A DNA stretch of 63,876 bases, counting the filler, from Candidatus Tectimicrobiota bacterium (GTDB lineage Bacteria > JACPSX01): NCBI GenBank assembly GCA_016193065.1. It is 8 parts of 8 records of this genome, joined end to end, with 100 filler letters (N's around TTAATTAATTAA, not from the genome) between each part and the next. Parts side by side here need not be neighbours in the genome. Positions count along the whole stretch, not along the records: positions 1 to 23,521 come from JACPSX010000189.1; 7 more parts are not named here. One strand, 5' to 3'. The translations under genes were made by a program, and so were the position numbers. Shown piece after piece: positions 1 through 11,252 of the stretch. The first letter of the stretch is position 1, and each line of letters starts with the position of its first letter. The notes under the pieces were generated by a model, which made no database searches, was not told the origin of the DNA, and saw only the letters and a program-made list of their open reading frames with translations.

Positions 1-238
1 AAAGCGGCAGCTTCCAAGGAGAGGCCACCTTTGACCCCATCTCATGCGAGACGTGGTCTTATGCGGTATTAGCCCCGCTTTCGCAAGGTTATCCCGCTCT
101 TCTGGGCAGGTTGCTCACGTGTTACTCACCCGTTCGCCGCTTTACTCGGAAGGGTTGCCCCCTCCTTTCTCGCACGACTTGCATGTGTTAAGCACGCCGC
201 CAGCGTTCGTTCTGAGCCAGGATCAAACTCTCCAAATC
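1..238 (-). rRNA. rrs: 16S rRNA, 5' end (partial)
   Basis: Reverse complement reads AGAGTTTGATCCTGGCTCAGAACGAACGCTGGCGGCGTGCTTAACACATGCAAGTC, the universal 16S 5' region. The 5' boundary is approximate. Confidence 0.98.
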
Positions 239-329
239 ATGAAGAGTTACCCGAGGGAAAAAAACTTCTTCCCGCGGGCATACATCAGAATTGACTCGTT
301 GCCTGCTGATCATAACGAGCCCTCTTCAG

Positions 330-342
330 TTTTCAAAGAGCA
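330..342 (-). promoter_or_regulatory. rrn leader boxA antitermination element
   Basis: TGCTCTTTGAAAA on the minus strand, upstream of 16S. Confidence 0.8.
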
Positions 343-367
343 AAGGGTTCCTGTTCCGGAACTTGCT

Positions 368-467
368 AATATACCCTATTAGGGAAACTTGTCAAGACAA
401 AAAAGCCTTTTCAGATTTTTCCTCCGATTCTGTTATAAAAAATATTCTCCCCCGGCGCTCTTGTCAA
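368..467 (-). promoter_or_regulatory. tandem sigma70 rRNA promoters
   Basis: TTGACA(467-462)-17-TATTTT(444-439) and TTGACA(395-390)-16-TATATT(373-368). Confidence 0.7.
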
Positions 468-498
468 GAACCTGAATAAGCTATGTAAATACCACAGT

Positions 499-1740
499 TT
501 ACGATGTTACCGGAATGACCCGCAGGAAGCGCCGCTTCCCGACCCGCAGCAAATAAGACTTGCCCGGGAGGAGTTCCAGGTTCGCCTCCCGAACCTTCTC
601 CCCATCCAGGCTCACCCCCCCCTGCTCGATGAGCCGGATCGCCTCTGAGGTACTTGACGCCAAGCCGGCTTTGGTCATCAGGCGGGGGAGCCACATCTTG
701 TCTCCATCCCAGAGGAGGCGGAGTTCGGGAACCTCAGCGGGGACCTCTCTGTACCGAAAAAGCCTGTCAAAGTTATCACGGGCCGTCGCGGCAGCCTCAG
801 CGCCGTGAAACCGGCTGACAATTTCGGCTGCCAAATCCGCTTTGATATCTCTCGGGTTCACTTCTTGTCTCTCCACCCGACTTTTAAGGAGGTGAAGTTC
901 CTCCATGCCTTGGTCGCTGAGCAAGTCGTAGTAACGCCACATGAGATCGTCAGAGATGGACATGAGCTTGCCGTACATTTCTCCCGGAGGCTCGCTAATA
1001 CCGATGTAATTCCCTAGGCTTTTGCTCATTTTCTGGACTCCGTCAATCCCTTCCAAGATCGGCATCGTAATGATCACTTGGGCAGGCTGCTCAAAGGCCC
1101 TCTGCAAATCGCGTCCCATGAGCAGATTAAACTTCTGATCCGTCCCTCCCAACTCCACATCTGCTTTCAGGGAAACGGAATCGTAGGCTTGCAGCAGAGG
1201 GTAGAGAAACTCATGGATAGCGATGGGCAGTTGGCCGGTGTAACGGGTGTGGAAGTCCTCCCTCTCCAGCATCTGGGCCACCGTGAAGCGAGCGCTCATC
1301 AATATGAGGTCCCGGGCACTGAGATTGCCCAGCCAGCGGCTGTTCAATTCGATCCGGGTTTTCTGCGAGTCCAAAATTTTAAAGATCTGGTCCTGGTATG
1401 TCTTGGCGTTCGCCTGGATCTCTTCCGGGCTTAGAGGGGGACGGGTTTCGGATTTCCCGCTGGGATCTCCGATCATCCCCGTAAAGTCCCCGATGAGGAA
1501 GATAACCTGATGCCCCAGAGTCTGAAAATGCTTAAGCTTCTGCAGGACCACGGTATGCCCCGAATGCAGGTCCGGAGCCGTAGGATCCATCCCCAGTTTT
1601 ACCCGCAAAGGTTCCCCCGATTGCCGGGAGCAGCGAAGCTTTTCCAGTAGTTCTTCCTCCTGGATGATCTCCACCGCTCCCCGCTTCAGAAACCGTAGCT
1701 GTTCTTCCGGACTCATGGGGGGATAATTCTTCTCCCGCAT
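499..1740 (-). CDS. tyrS: tyrosyl-tRNA synthetase
   Basis: [13 protein letters not shown] (HIGH-like), KMSKS, C-terminal S4 domain. Confidence 0.97.
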   Translation of the reverse strand: MREKNYPPMSPEEQLRFLKRGAVEIIQEEELLEKLRCSRQSGEPLRVKLGMDPTAPDLHSGHTVVLQKLKHFQTLGHQVIFLIGDFTGMIGDPSGKSETRPPLSPEEIQANAKTYQDQIFKILDSQKTRIELNSRWLGNLSARDLILMSARFTVAQMLEREDFHTRYTGQLPIAIHEFLYPLLQAYDSVSLKADVELGGTDQKFNLLMGRDLQRAFEQPAQVIITMPILEGIDGVQKMSKSLGNYIGISEPPGEMYGKLMSISDDLMWRYYDLLSDQGMEELHLLKSRVERQEVNPRDIKADLAAEIVSRFHGAEAAATARDNFDRLFRYREVPAEVPELRLLWDGDKMWLPRLMTKAGLASSTSEAIRLIEQGGVSLDGEKVREANLELLPGKSYLLRVGKRRFLRVIPVTS

Positions 1741-1982
1741 CACGAGCCCCCTGCCAAAGCCGGAAACAGGCTCACCACGTCTCCCTCATGGAGGCGCTCC
1801 GTGGGGTGGCTGTGCGCGCCGTTCACCAGGACAAGTTCTGCTAACTCCGGGGGGATTCGCAAAGCCGAGAGCAAATCTGCAATGGAACTCCCCTCCTCCA
1901 ACTGCCAATGAAACACGTACCCCAGGGTCTCCGGAGGGGCATAGCTTCTGAGCAGAGCAAATAACTTCACCGTGACTTCCAC
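1740..1982 (-). CDS. MoaD/ThiS family ubiquitin-like sulfur carrier
   Basis: [10 protein letters not shown]...LVNG...[20 protein letters not shown] start after GGAGGAGG. Confidence 0.85.
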   Translation of the reverse strand: MEVTVKLFALLRSYAPPETLGYVFHWQLEEGSSIADLLSALRIPPELAELVLVNGAHSHPTERLHEGDVVSLFPALAGGS

Positions 1983-4489
1983 CTTACCTCCTCCGGCAAC
2001 TTTTTCCGCCGCATTTCCACCGGAGTCGGCACCGGATGCCTTTCGTGGGTTCTCTCGGTCTGATTTCTCTCCCACTCGGTCAAGCACACCGGAAGAACTT
2101 CATCCATATGCTGAACGAAGACAAAGCTGAGAGACATTTTCACGTTTCTCGGAAGCTCATCCAGGTCCTTGCGGTTCCCTTCCGGCAAGACAACGATCCG
2201 CAGGCCCGCGCCGCGAGCAGCCAGGATCTTCTCTTTCAGCCCGCCGACTGGAAGAACCATCCCCCGCAGGGTGATCTCTCCGGTCATTGCCACCTCTTTC
2301 CTAAGCGGAACCCCCGTGAACAATGAGACGAGTGCCGCGGCCACAGTAATGCCCGCCGACGGTCCATCTTTGGGAATGGCTCCCGCCGGGACATGGATAT
2401 GGATGTCTTTTTCGCCAAACACGTCCTCCGCAATATTCCATTCTCTGGCCCTGGAGCGCACGAAGCTGAGAGCCGTCTGGGCCGACTCCTTCATGACCTC
2501 ACCCAGCTGTCCGGTCAACAGGATCTGCCCCTTTCCTTTCATGGCCGTGGCCTCAATCGGCATTAGTTCCCCTCCGACCTCGGTCCAAGCCAGGCCCATC
2601 GCAACCCCGATCTCATCCTGGCGTCGCTCGGGCTCTGGAATAAAGCGACGGACCCCGAGATATTTGGCAATATTTCCCGCCTGAATGTGAAAGGATTTCT
2701 GCTTGCCTTCTGCGATCTCCCGCACCACGCGGCGGCAAATTTTCGCCATTTCCCGCTCGATGTTCCGTAAACCGGCTTCCCGCGTATACTCCCTTATGGC
2801 CTTGAGGATCGCCCCATCCGAAATCCTGAGCCAGCGGCTGCGAATCCCGTGATCCGAGAATTGTCGCGGTAAAATGAAACTCCGGACGATGAACAGCTTT
2901 TCCTCCTCCGTGTAACCGGAAAGAAACATGACCTCCATGCGATCCCGCAGCGCGGGGGGGATGGGATCCAGCAGGTTCGCCGTGGCGATAAACATGACCT
3001 TGGAAAGGTCAAACGGCACGCCCAGATAATGATCACTGAAATTCGAATTCTGCTCCGGGTCCAGAACCTCAAGAAGTGCGGAGGCCGGATCTCCCCGAAA
3101 GTCCGTCCCAATCTTGTCGATCTCGTCCAGCATGAAAACGGGATTGTTCGAGCCGGCCTGCTTTAAACCCTGCAGGATCCTGCCCGGCAGCGCCCCGACG
3201 TAAGTTCGGCGGTGCCCCCGGATCTCAGCCTCGTCCTTGATTCCCCCCAGGGAGATCCGAACAAACCGCCTGCCAAGACAGCGAGCGATGGATTTCCCCA
3301 GAGAAGTCTTCCCCACTCCCGGCGGTCCCACGAAGCAGAGGATGGGCCCCTTCATCCGCTTCTTGACTTTAGTGACCGCCAAGTATTCAAGGATTCGTTC
3401 CTTCACCTTTTCCAGATTATGGTGATCCTCATCAAGAACCCGCCGGGCGATCTTGAGGTCGATGCTCTCCTTGGTGGACTTGCTCCAGGGTAAGCTCACC
3501 ATCCAGTCCACGTAGGTGCGAATCAACGTAGCCTCCGCGGAGTCCGGATGCATGTGCTCAAGGCGAGAGATCTGCTTCATGCACTCTTCCTGGCCCGCGG
3601 GGGACATCTTCGCTTTCTTGACCTTGCGCCTGAGCTCATGGACTTCCTGCTGGCGCTCGTCGGCATCACCCAGCTCTTTCTGAATGGCTTTGAGCTGCTC
3701 GCGGAGAAAATATTCGCGCTGTGCCTTGTTTATCTCTTCCTTGGCTTCGGATTCAATCTCGTGCTGGACGGTCAGCAGTTCCAATTCCAGATTCAAGTGC
3801 TCGCCCACCTTCTTCAGACGAGTCACGGGATCCGTAATCTCCAGGATTCTCTGGGCTTCTTCCACGCCCAATTCGAGATTGGAGGATACCAGGTCAGCCA
3901 GGCGGCCGGGGGATTTCAAACCATTGGCCACAAGGAGAACGTCATAAGGGATCGCTTTTCCCAAAGAAATAATTCTCTCCAGGCGTTCCTTCACGTTCCG
4001 CATGAGAGCCTCGACCCGGATCCCCTTTTCCCTTGTTTCCGTGCCTTCATCAAGAGGCTGGATTTTCACCATGTAGAACGGGCGGCTCTGCGCAAATTCG
4101 ACAAGCCTGGCCCGCCTGAGGCCCTGCACGAGGATCTTGACCCGGCCGTCGGGAAGCTTGAGCATGCGGATCATGTTGACCACGGTACCTACGGAGTAGA
4201 TATCTTCAGGGCGCGGATCCTCGGCTTCCACCCGCTTCTGGGCCGAAAGGAGCAGGAGCCTTTCTCCGGCCAGGGCGCTTTCCACCGCTTTGACGGAGGC
4301 ATCTCTGCCGACGAAAAGCGGGAGAATCATCATCGGGAAAACGACTACATCCCGGACCGAGACCAGAGGTAGTTGCAGGGGCAGGTCGAAAGCGGCGGTC
4401 TCCTCCCCCAGATTCGCAGGAACCCGGAGGGGAGTCTCAAGGGACTCCGCCATGGGGTGAGGAGGTTGTTTTCTTTCCTCAGATGACAT
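1967..4489 (-). CDS. lon: ATP-dependent Lon protease
   Basis: LON N domain, Walker A GPPGVGKTS, PKDGPSAG catalytic Ser motif. Start uncertain. Confidence 0.97.
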   Translation of the reverse strand: MSSEERKQPPHPMAESLETPLRVPANLGEETAAFDLPLQLPLVSVRDVVVFPMMILPLFVGRDASVKAVESALAGERLLLLSAQKRVEAEDPRPEDIYSVGTVVNMIRMLKLPDGRVKILVQGLRRARLVEFAQSRPFYMVKIQPLDEGTETREKGIRVEALMRNVKERLERIISLGKAIPYDVLLVANGLKSPGRLADLVSSNLELGVEEAQRILEITDPVTRLKKVGEHLNLELELLTVQHEIESEAKEEINKAQREYFLREQLKAIQKELGDADERQQEVHELRRKVKKAKMSPAGQEECMKQISRLEHMHPDSAEATLIRTYVDWMVSLPWSKSTKESIDLKIARRVLDEDHHNLEKVKERILEYLAVTKVKKRMKGPILCFVGPPGVGKTSLGKSIARCLGRRFVRISLGGIKDEAEIRGHRRTYVGALPGRILQGLKQAGSNNPVFMLDEIDKIGTDFRGDPASALLEVLDPEQNSNFSDHYLGVPFDLSKVMFIATANLLDPIPPALRDRMEVMFLSGYTEEEKLFIVRSFILPRQFSDHGIRSRWLRISDGAILKAIREYTREAGLRNIEREMAKICRRVVREIAEGKQKSFHIQAGNIAKYLGVRRFIPEPERRQDEIGVAMGLAWTEVGGELMPIEATAMKGKGQILLTGQLGEVMKESAQTALSFVRSRAREWNIAEDVFGEKDIHIHVPAGAIPKDGPSAGITVAAALVSLFTGVPLRKEVAMTGEITLRGMVLPVGGLKEKILAARGAGLRIVVLPEGNRKDLDELPRNVKMSLSFVFVQHMDEVLPVCLTEWERNQTERTHERHPVPTPVEMRRKKLPEEVRWKSR

Positions 4490-4536
4490 TCGCTTCCACT
4501 TCTCTTTCATGCGGGGTGCGGGAAATCCCTGGGAAA

Positions 4537-5421
4537 TCAACCAAGGGGCTGAAGGCGTTCCAGGTCGAGTTCCTCAAGATACGATCTGAAACTCTCGCCG
4601 AGTTCCGGATCGCGCAGAGCAAATTCAACCGTGGCCTTAAGAAAACCTAACTTACTGCCGGCGTCGTAACGGGTCCCCTCAAACTCGTAAGCATAAACCG
4701 TCTGGCTCTTGAGAAGAAGTCGGAGGGCGTCGGTTAGCTGAATTTCTCCCTTGGAGTCCGGCTGGGTATCTTCGATCTCCCGAAAGATCTCCGGGGTGAG
4801 AATGTACCGGCCGATGATCGCCAGGTCCGAGGGGGCCCTATCGGGATCCGGCTTCTCCACAAGATCGAGGACCTGGTACAACCGATCCCCCATTTTCCGC
4901 GGCGCCACTACGCCGTAGTTGCTCACCTGATTCCTAGGAACTCGTTCCACCGCCAGGATCGAGCACTGGTGCCTTTCATACACGTTCATGAGCTGGCGCA
5001 GGCAGGGAACTTCCGAGTGGATGATGTCATCGCCGAGCAAGACAGCAAAGGGTTCATGACCCACAACTTGGCGCGCGCACAGGATCGCGTGGCCCAGTCC
5101 CAGCGCTTCCCGCTGGCGGACATAGCAAAAGGAGATCATGTTGGAGATCTTCCTCACCGTCTCCACCAAATCATTCTTCCCCCGTTGGACAAGCAACTGC
5201 TCCAACTCAAAGGAAACGTCAAAATGATCCTCGATGGCGTTCTTCCCACGCCCCGTGATGATGATGACCTCACGAATCCCAGACGCCTTGGTTTCTTCCA
5301 CCACGTACTGGATCAGAGGCTTGTCAACCAGGGGGAGCATCTCTTTGGGGCAAGACTTGGTAGCCGGTAGGAACCGGGTCCCAAGGCCAGCCGCGGGCAA
5401 AACCGCCTTTGAAATTCCCAT
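4537..5421 (-). CDS. galU: UTP-glucose-1-phosphate uridylyltransferase
   Basis: KAVLPAAGLGTRFLPATKSCPKEML, LVEKP. Confidence 0.96.
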   Translation of the reverse strand: MGISKAVLPAAGLGTRFLPATKSCPKEMLPLVDKPLIQYVVEETKASGIREVIIITGRGKNAIEDHFDVSFELEQLLVQRGKNDLVETVRKISNMISFCYVRQREALGLGHAILCARQVVGHEPFAVLLGDDIIHSEVPCLRQLMNVYERHQCSILAVERVPRNQVSNYGVVAPRKMGDRLYQVLDLVEKPDPDRAPSDLAIIGRYILTPEIFREIEDTQPDSKGEIQLTDALRLLLKSQTVYAYEFEGTRYDAGSKLGFLKATVEFALRDPELGESFRSYLEELDLERLQPLG

Positions 5422-5592
5422 GCTTCTCCTTCCAATCCGAACCAACGCCAGCAGCCTGATAGAACTTGAAAATTCTAACCGACCCTAAAACTCCTTGTCA
5501 ACGACATTAAGATCAATGTTTGACCTGGATTGCCTCCATTTGCTAGTATAGATCTCCCTTAGCGGCAGAGATCTCGACTCTTTGGAGCCCGA

Positions 5593-6654
5593 ATGATGGC
5601 CAGCTACCGCGTTGGTTTCGTCATGGATCCCATGGAAAAAATCCACGTCGAAGACGACACCAGCGTGGCCCTCATGCTGGAATCCCAGCGCCGCGGCTGG
5701 GATGTCTATTACCTGCTTCTCGGCGGCCTCTTCGTGCAATCCCAAGAAGCCACGGGGAGGGGGCTCCCTGTGCGCGTAGACCTGAGGTCGGGCTTTGAGA
5801 TCACTGGCCCCGCCACCACCTTCCCCCTGAGAGAACTCGATGCCGTCTTTATCCGCAAGGAACCCCCCTTTGACATGGATTATGTTTTCAGTACCTACAT
5901 ACTGGAGCTGGCGGCTTCTGACACATTCATGGTCAACCACCCGAAAGGCCTCCGGGACGCCAACGAGAAACTCTTCATTCTCAATTTCCCGGAAATCATC
6001 CCGCCCACCTGTGTCGCTAAAGAGCCAGCCATCCTCAAGTCGTTCCTGGCCTCAGTGTGAGGCGAAATAGTCGTCAAACCCCTCGGCGGAAAAGGAGGAG
6101 AGGGGGTGCTCTACCTCCACAGCGGTGACCGGAATTTAAACGCTCTCTTGGAGATCTCGACCCAAACAGGGACGGAGTACGTGATGGCCCAGCGCTATCT
6201 GCCGGAGATTGTCCATGGCGATAAACGGGTCCTAATCCTGGACGGAAAACCGGTCGGAGCCTTCAACCGCGTTCCCGCCGCCGGCGAGCTCAGAGGGAAC
6301 ATCCACGCCGGTGGAACTTGCTGCAAGGCATCCTTAACCGATAGGGACCACTTCATCTGCGGAGTTTTGGCGGATTCTCTCCGGGCTCATGGGCTCCACT
6401 TTGTCGGGGTAGACATCATTGGCGGTTACGTGACCGAAATTAACGTCACAAGCCCCGCCGGCATTCCGGAGATAAACGGCTTTGACGGTACCCGGTTGGA
6501 AGCCGATACCCTCGATTTCCTGGAAGAACGATTCAAAACTTCCCCCCGCATTGCCTCCGGGTCTAGACAGCCCCCGGCGTGCGGAGGATCTTGGCTTTCT
6601 CCAAAAGCCGACTCAGATAGACCTGGGGAATCGTCTGGCGGCGCTGTTCCGTGA
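5593..6654 (+). pseudogene. gshB: glutathione synthetase interrupted by an in-frame TGA (6058-6060)
   Basis: FVMDP, RKEPPFDMDY, NEKL, KPLGGKGGEG, GDKRV, EINVTSP are all in one frame; the stop lies between FLASV and GEIVVKP. Confidence 0.85.
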
Positions 6655-8470
6655 GCCGCGCGTAAATCTCTGCCCTCCCCTTCTGATAGTCCTTCTCGTC
6701 GGGCGTCTGCCTGCTGAGAACCACAAAGAGCTGAGTCCCGTCCGCGCCTTCCACCTGCACCGGGGACCCAAGCTTGGCGCCGAAAACCCGCCTCACATCC
6801 CCCAGATTTCCCCGCAGAGCGGGGAACTTCCGCAGGAACTCTCCGCGGCTCATTGCCTCCAGCTTCTCCAGGTGCGCATTGCGGCCCTTGGCCGCGGTCT
6901 GGACATCGGCGCCCGCCAGAATTTTGGCCGAAACCTCCCGGGCCTCCTGGGCCGTCTGCTCCCGGGCCTCCTTGCGCACCAGCGCTTTTTCCACGTCCCT
7001 TTGCACCTCCTCAAACGGGGGGATCCGTGACTCCTTTCGCTCCAGGACCCGCAGCAAGTAAATTCCTTCCGGGGCCGGCACCGGCGCGCTCACTTCCCCT
7101 CCCTTCAGGTTCAAGGCGGCAGTGGCCACCGCCTGCCAGCTTGGAATTCCAGCAATGGCTTTGCCTCGGAAAAACCACGCCGTGACCTTGTATTCAGCGC
7201 TCACGTCCTTGCTCAGGTCCTGGAAGGATCTCTTCTTATCCGCGCTCGCGAACGATTGTTTCACCTTTGCCGCCTCGCTCTCGGCCCGCTGCCGGGACTT
7301 TTCCAGACGCAGGGTTCGGACAATCTCCTCGCGCACATCCTCCAACCGTCTGGTTTTTTCCGGCTCCTTGCTTAAGACCTGAATGACGTGAAACCCAAAC
7401 TGGGTTCTCACCGGTTCGCTGATCTGCCCGGACTTGAGAGAAAAAGCGGCCTTCTCAAACTCCGGTACCGATTCGCCGCGACGAAGTTTCCCCAGATCGC
7501 CCCCCCGGGATGAAGAGGGATCCTCCGAATACTTGCGCGCCAGCGCGGCGAAGTCAGATCCCTTTTTTAGCTGCTCCCCCACCATGCGAGCCCTGACTCT
7601 GGCTTCCTCTTCTTTTTTTGCATCCGCTCCCTCGGGCACTCGTAGCAAGATATGCCGGGCCTGGACGGCCTCGGGAATCCTGAATTCCTTCTCGTGAGAT
7701 TCGTAGTAGTCTTCCACCTGGAGCGGGGTTACTGTAATGGCCCTTTCAAAGGATCGAGGGTCCCAAAACAAGTACTCAACCCGCACCTGTTCGGGCTGGC
7801 GAAACTCCTCGGGGAATGCCCGGTAATAACGTTCCACCTTCTCCCGGTTCACTTGGACTTTTCCCTCGTAGTCTTTCGCCGGAAAGGAAAGATAGGCCAG
7901 ATCCGCCTTTTCATGGAGATCCCGAAAAGCCGACCTGGCCTCCGGTTCCGTCACCAGGGCGCTCTGCTCGATCAGAGTTTGCCACTTGGCCAGCAGCAAG
8001 GCATCGTGCTGGGAGCGCTCGAATTCCTGCGGCGTCAGCCGGTTGTTGCGCAAAACATCAAAGTAAACCCGCGAATCAAATTGACCCCCGATTTGGAACT
8101 CCGGCCTGGCCTGGATCGAGGACAACAATTCCGGGTCCGCCACGGAGAGACCCGCTTCCCGGGCCGCCTGCAGCTCGACGGCCCGCACGATGAGACTTTC
8201 GAGCGCCGCCTCTTTCAGGTTCAGTTGCTTGAGAACCTCATCGGTAAGGCGGTCCTGGTATACCTGCCGATAGAACTGGAGAAGGCGCTCGTAAGACTCC
8301 TCAAACTCGCGCTCTGTGATCTTGGTCCCGTTGACCGAAGCCACCTGGCCCGAGGCATTCTGCTGATTCCGGTCAATGACCGCATAAAAACTGATGAAGG
8401 TAAGGGCCAAAAGAGCCAATACCCCTTTGAGAAGCCACGACTGGGCAAAACGCCGCATGACATTGAGCAC
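6563..8470 (-). CDS. ppiD: PpiD/SurA-type membrane-anchored parvulin peptidyl-prolyl isomerase
   Basis: N-terminal TM segment, SurA N domain, ARHIL...FAALARKYSED...GGDLG...FGFHVI. Confidence 0.88.
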   Translation of the reverse strand: MLNVMRRFAQSWLLKGVLALLALTFISFYAVIDRNQQNASGQVASVNGTKITEREFEESYERLLQFYRQVYQDRLTDEVLKQLNLKEAALESLIVRAVELQAAREAGLSVADPELLSSIQARPEFQIGGQFDSRVYFDVLRNNRLTPQEFERSQHDALLLAKWQTLIEQSALVTEPEARSAFRDLHEKADLAYLSFPAKDYEGKVQVNREKVERYYRAFPEEFRQPEQVRVEYLFWDPRSFERAITVTPLQVEDYYESHEKEFRIPEAVQARHILLRVPEGADAKKEEEARVRARMVGEQLKKGSDFAALARKYSEDPSSSRGGDLGKLRRGESVPEFEKAAFSLKSGQISEPVRTQFGFHVIQVLSKEPEKTRRLEDVREEIVRTLRLEKSRQRAESEAAKVKQSFASADKKRSFQDLSKDVSAEYKVTAWFFRGKAIAGIPSWQAVATAALNLKGGEVSAPVPAPEGIYLLRVLERKESRIPPFEEVQRDVEKALVRKEAREQTAQEAREVSAKILAGADVQTAAKGRNAHLEKLEAMSRGEFLRKFPALRGNLGDVRRVFGAKLGSPVQVEGADGTQLFVVLSRQTPDEKDYQKGRAEIYARLTEQRRQTIPQVYLSRLLEKAKILRTPGAV

Positions 8471-8697
8471 AAAAACCTCCTCTTTCCCCTCCCCTCTCAC
8501 GAGAGGTAAAAGTTATCCATTCATTATCAATACCTTAAGTATATCCCAACCGAACTGTGGAGAAAAAGTTTTTCTTTCATTCGTTGAAAGTTCAGTATAT
8601 TCTTATTGAATATGGTTTCCCCTCAAAGGGTTAGAGGGGAAAAGGCTCTATCCAGAGGTGAGTACTGAGGATCGATAATATCAATTGAACAAATTGA

Positions 8698-9753
<1,056 letters not shown>

Positions 9754-9786
9754 CCTCTGCGCATCCAGGGATAACCAGTTGTCCTG

Positions 9787-10599
9787 ATGCGAGGAAGACG
9801 TTCTAGCGGCATCTGGTCCCTGATCCTGCTGATGGTCGCCGGTTTCGGCTTGATTACTCTGAATCTCAAGAAAGAGAAAGCGATCACCTCCCTCGAATCA
9901 TTTGCCCTGGCAGTTCTTTCTCCCGTTCACGGCTTTATTACCGGCACGACCCAACAGGTCGAGAACGCGTGGGAGGGCTATCTCGATCTGGTTCAAGTTA
10001 AAAGGGAGAACACCAAGCTTAGGGAAGAGGTGCGCAAGCTGCGGGAGATGGCGAATGCCGGCGTGGAGCTGCAGCAGCAAAACAGACGCCTCCTGCAACT
10101 CCTCGATTTTAAGGAAAAGACCCAATTCGATCTCGTCCTGGCCCAAGTGATCGGCGTGGATTCCAGCAACTGGTCCCGGGCCATCTTCATCAATCGAGGC
10201 AGCCGTGATGGCATCCGCAAGGATCTGCCTGTCGTAACTCATGAAGGGGTAGTAGGGCGGGTCATTGAGGCGACCCCTGATGCGGCCAAGGTTCTTCTGA
10301 TCACCGACCCCCGTAGCGCCGTGGACGCTCTGATCCAGAGAACCCGCGACACGGGAATCGTGGTGGGCGACGACGCCAGACACGCCAGGATGAAGTATCT
10401 CCCCCTGGAATCGAACCTGAAAACGGGGGATCTGGTGATCTCTTCGGGACTGGGGGGGATCTTCCCGAAGGGGCTGGTGGTGGGACGGGTGACCGGGGTA
10501 ACGAAACAAAAATTCGGCTTGTTCCAGGAGGCAGAAATCTCCCCCAGCGCAAACCTGTCCCGGTTAGAAGAAGTTTTCGTCATCGCAAAAGGTAGCTAG
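9787..10599 (+). CDS. mreC: rod shape-determining protein MreC
   Basis: TM segment, coiled coil, SSGLGGIFPKGLVVG; position in operon. Confidence 0.95.
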   Translation: MRGRRSSGIWSLILLMVAGFGLITLNLKKEKAITSLESFALAVLSPVHGFITGTTQQVENAWEGYLDLVQVKRENTKLREEVRKLREMANAGVELQQQNRRLLQLLDFKEKTQFDLVLAQVIGVDSSNWSRAIFINRGSRDGIRKDLPVVTHEGVVGRVIEATPDAAKVLLITDPRSAVDALIQRTRDTGIVVGDDARHARMKYLPLESNLKTGDLVISSGLGGIFPKGLVVGRVTGVTKQKFGLFQEAEISPSANLSRLEEVFVIAKGS

Positions 10600-10604
10600 G
10601 CATC

Positions 10605-11144
10605 GTGTTTTTTCTGATCTTTTTTGTCCTGACGGCCATCGTCCTATTGATCTTCCAAACCACGATCTTCCCCTTGTTCAGCGTGGCCGGAGTGCAGCCC
10701 GACTTAGTTTTGCTGGCCACCGTAGGATACAGCCTGGTTGCGGGTCGGCAGAGAGGTTTGAGCTTCGGTTTCTTCCTGGGACTGCTTCAGGATGTACTGT
10801 CCGGAGGACTTCTGGGGACCAACGGGTTTATCAAGGGATTTGTGGGGTATGTGGTCGGAGTGTTCCGGCAGCAAGTCGCGGATCGTAGCTTCTTTTTTCC
10901 GTCCCTGGCCATTTTCTTCGGCAGCCTCCTGAACGGAGCCCTGTATTTTCTGATTGCCAGAGTTTTGTACGCCGATAAATACTCGTGGTGGTTTTTTGTG
11001 CGGACGACGACCCTGGAGACCACATACAACCTGGTTTTGGGACTGGTTGTAACCGGCGCCGTGGGGGTCGCTTGCCAAAGGAAGACCGGGTTGGTAAATA
11101 AACTTTTGAAGAAAGTCACCGTGCTTATTTCGGACAGGGTCTAA
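10605..11144 (+). CDS. mreD: rod shape-determining protein MreD
   Basis: Hydrophobic; PDLVL, GFFLGLLQD; operon position. Confidence 0.9.
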   Translation: MFFLIFFVLTAIVLLIFQTTIFPLFSVAGVQPDLVLLATVGYSLVAGRQRGLSFGFFLGLLQDVLSGGLLGTNGFIKGFVGYVVGVFRQQVADRSFFFPSLAIFFGSLLNGALYFLIARVLYADKYSWWFFVRTTTLETTYNLVLGLVVTGAVGVACQRKTGLVNKLLKKVTVLISDRV

Positions 11145-11252
11145 GAGGGAAGGGAGGGGTTTTCATGAAGGGTATGCTCCCGACCCGGCTGCACTTGGGC
11201 GTGGCTGGGAGGTTCAGCAGCCCGCCCACCTTCCCCTGCGAGGTCTTAGATA

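Noticed and set aside
44-479. ORFs over the 16S gene and its leader
   Set aside because: Antisense to rRNA and promoter sequence.
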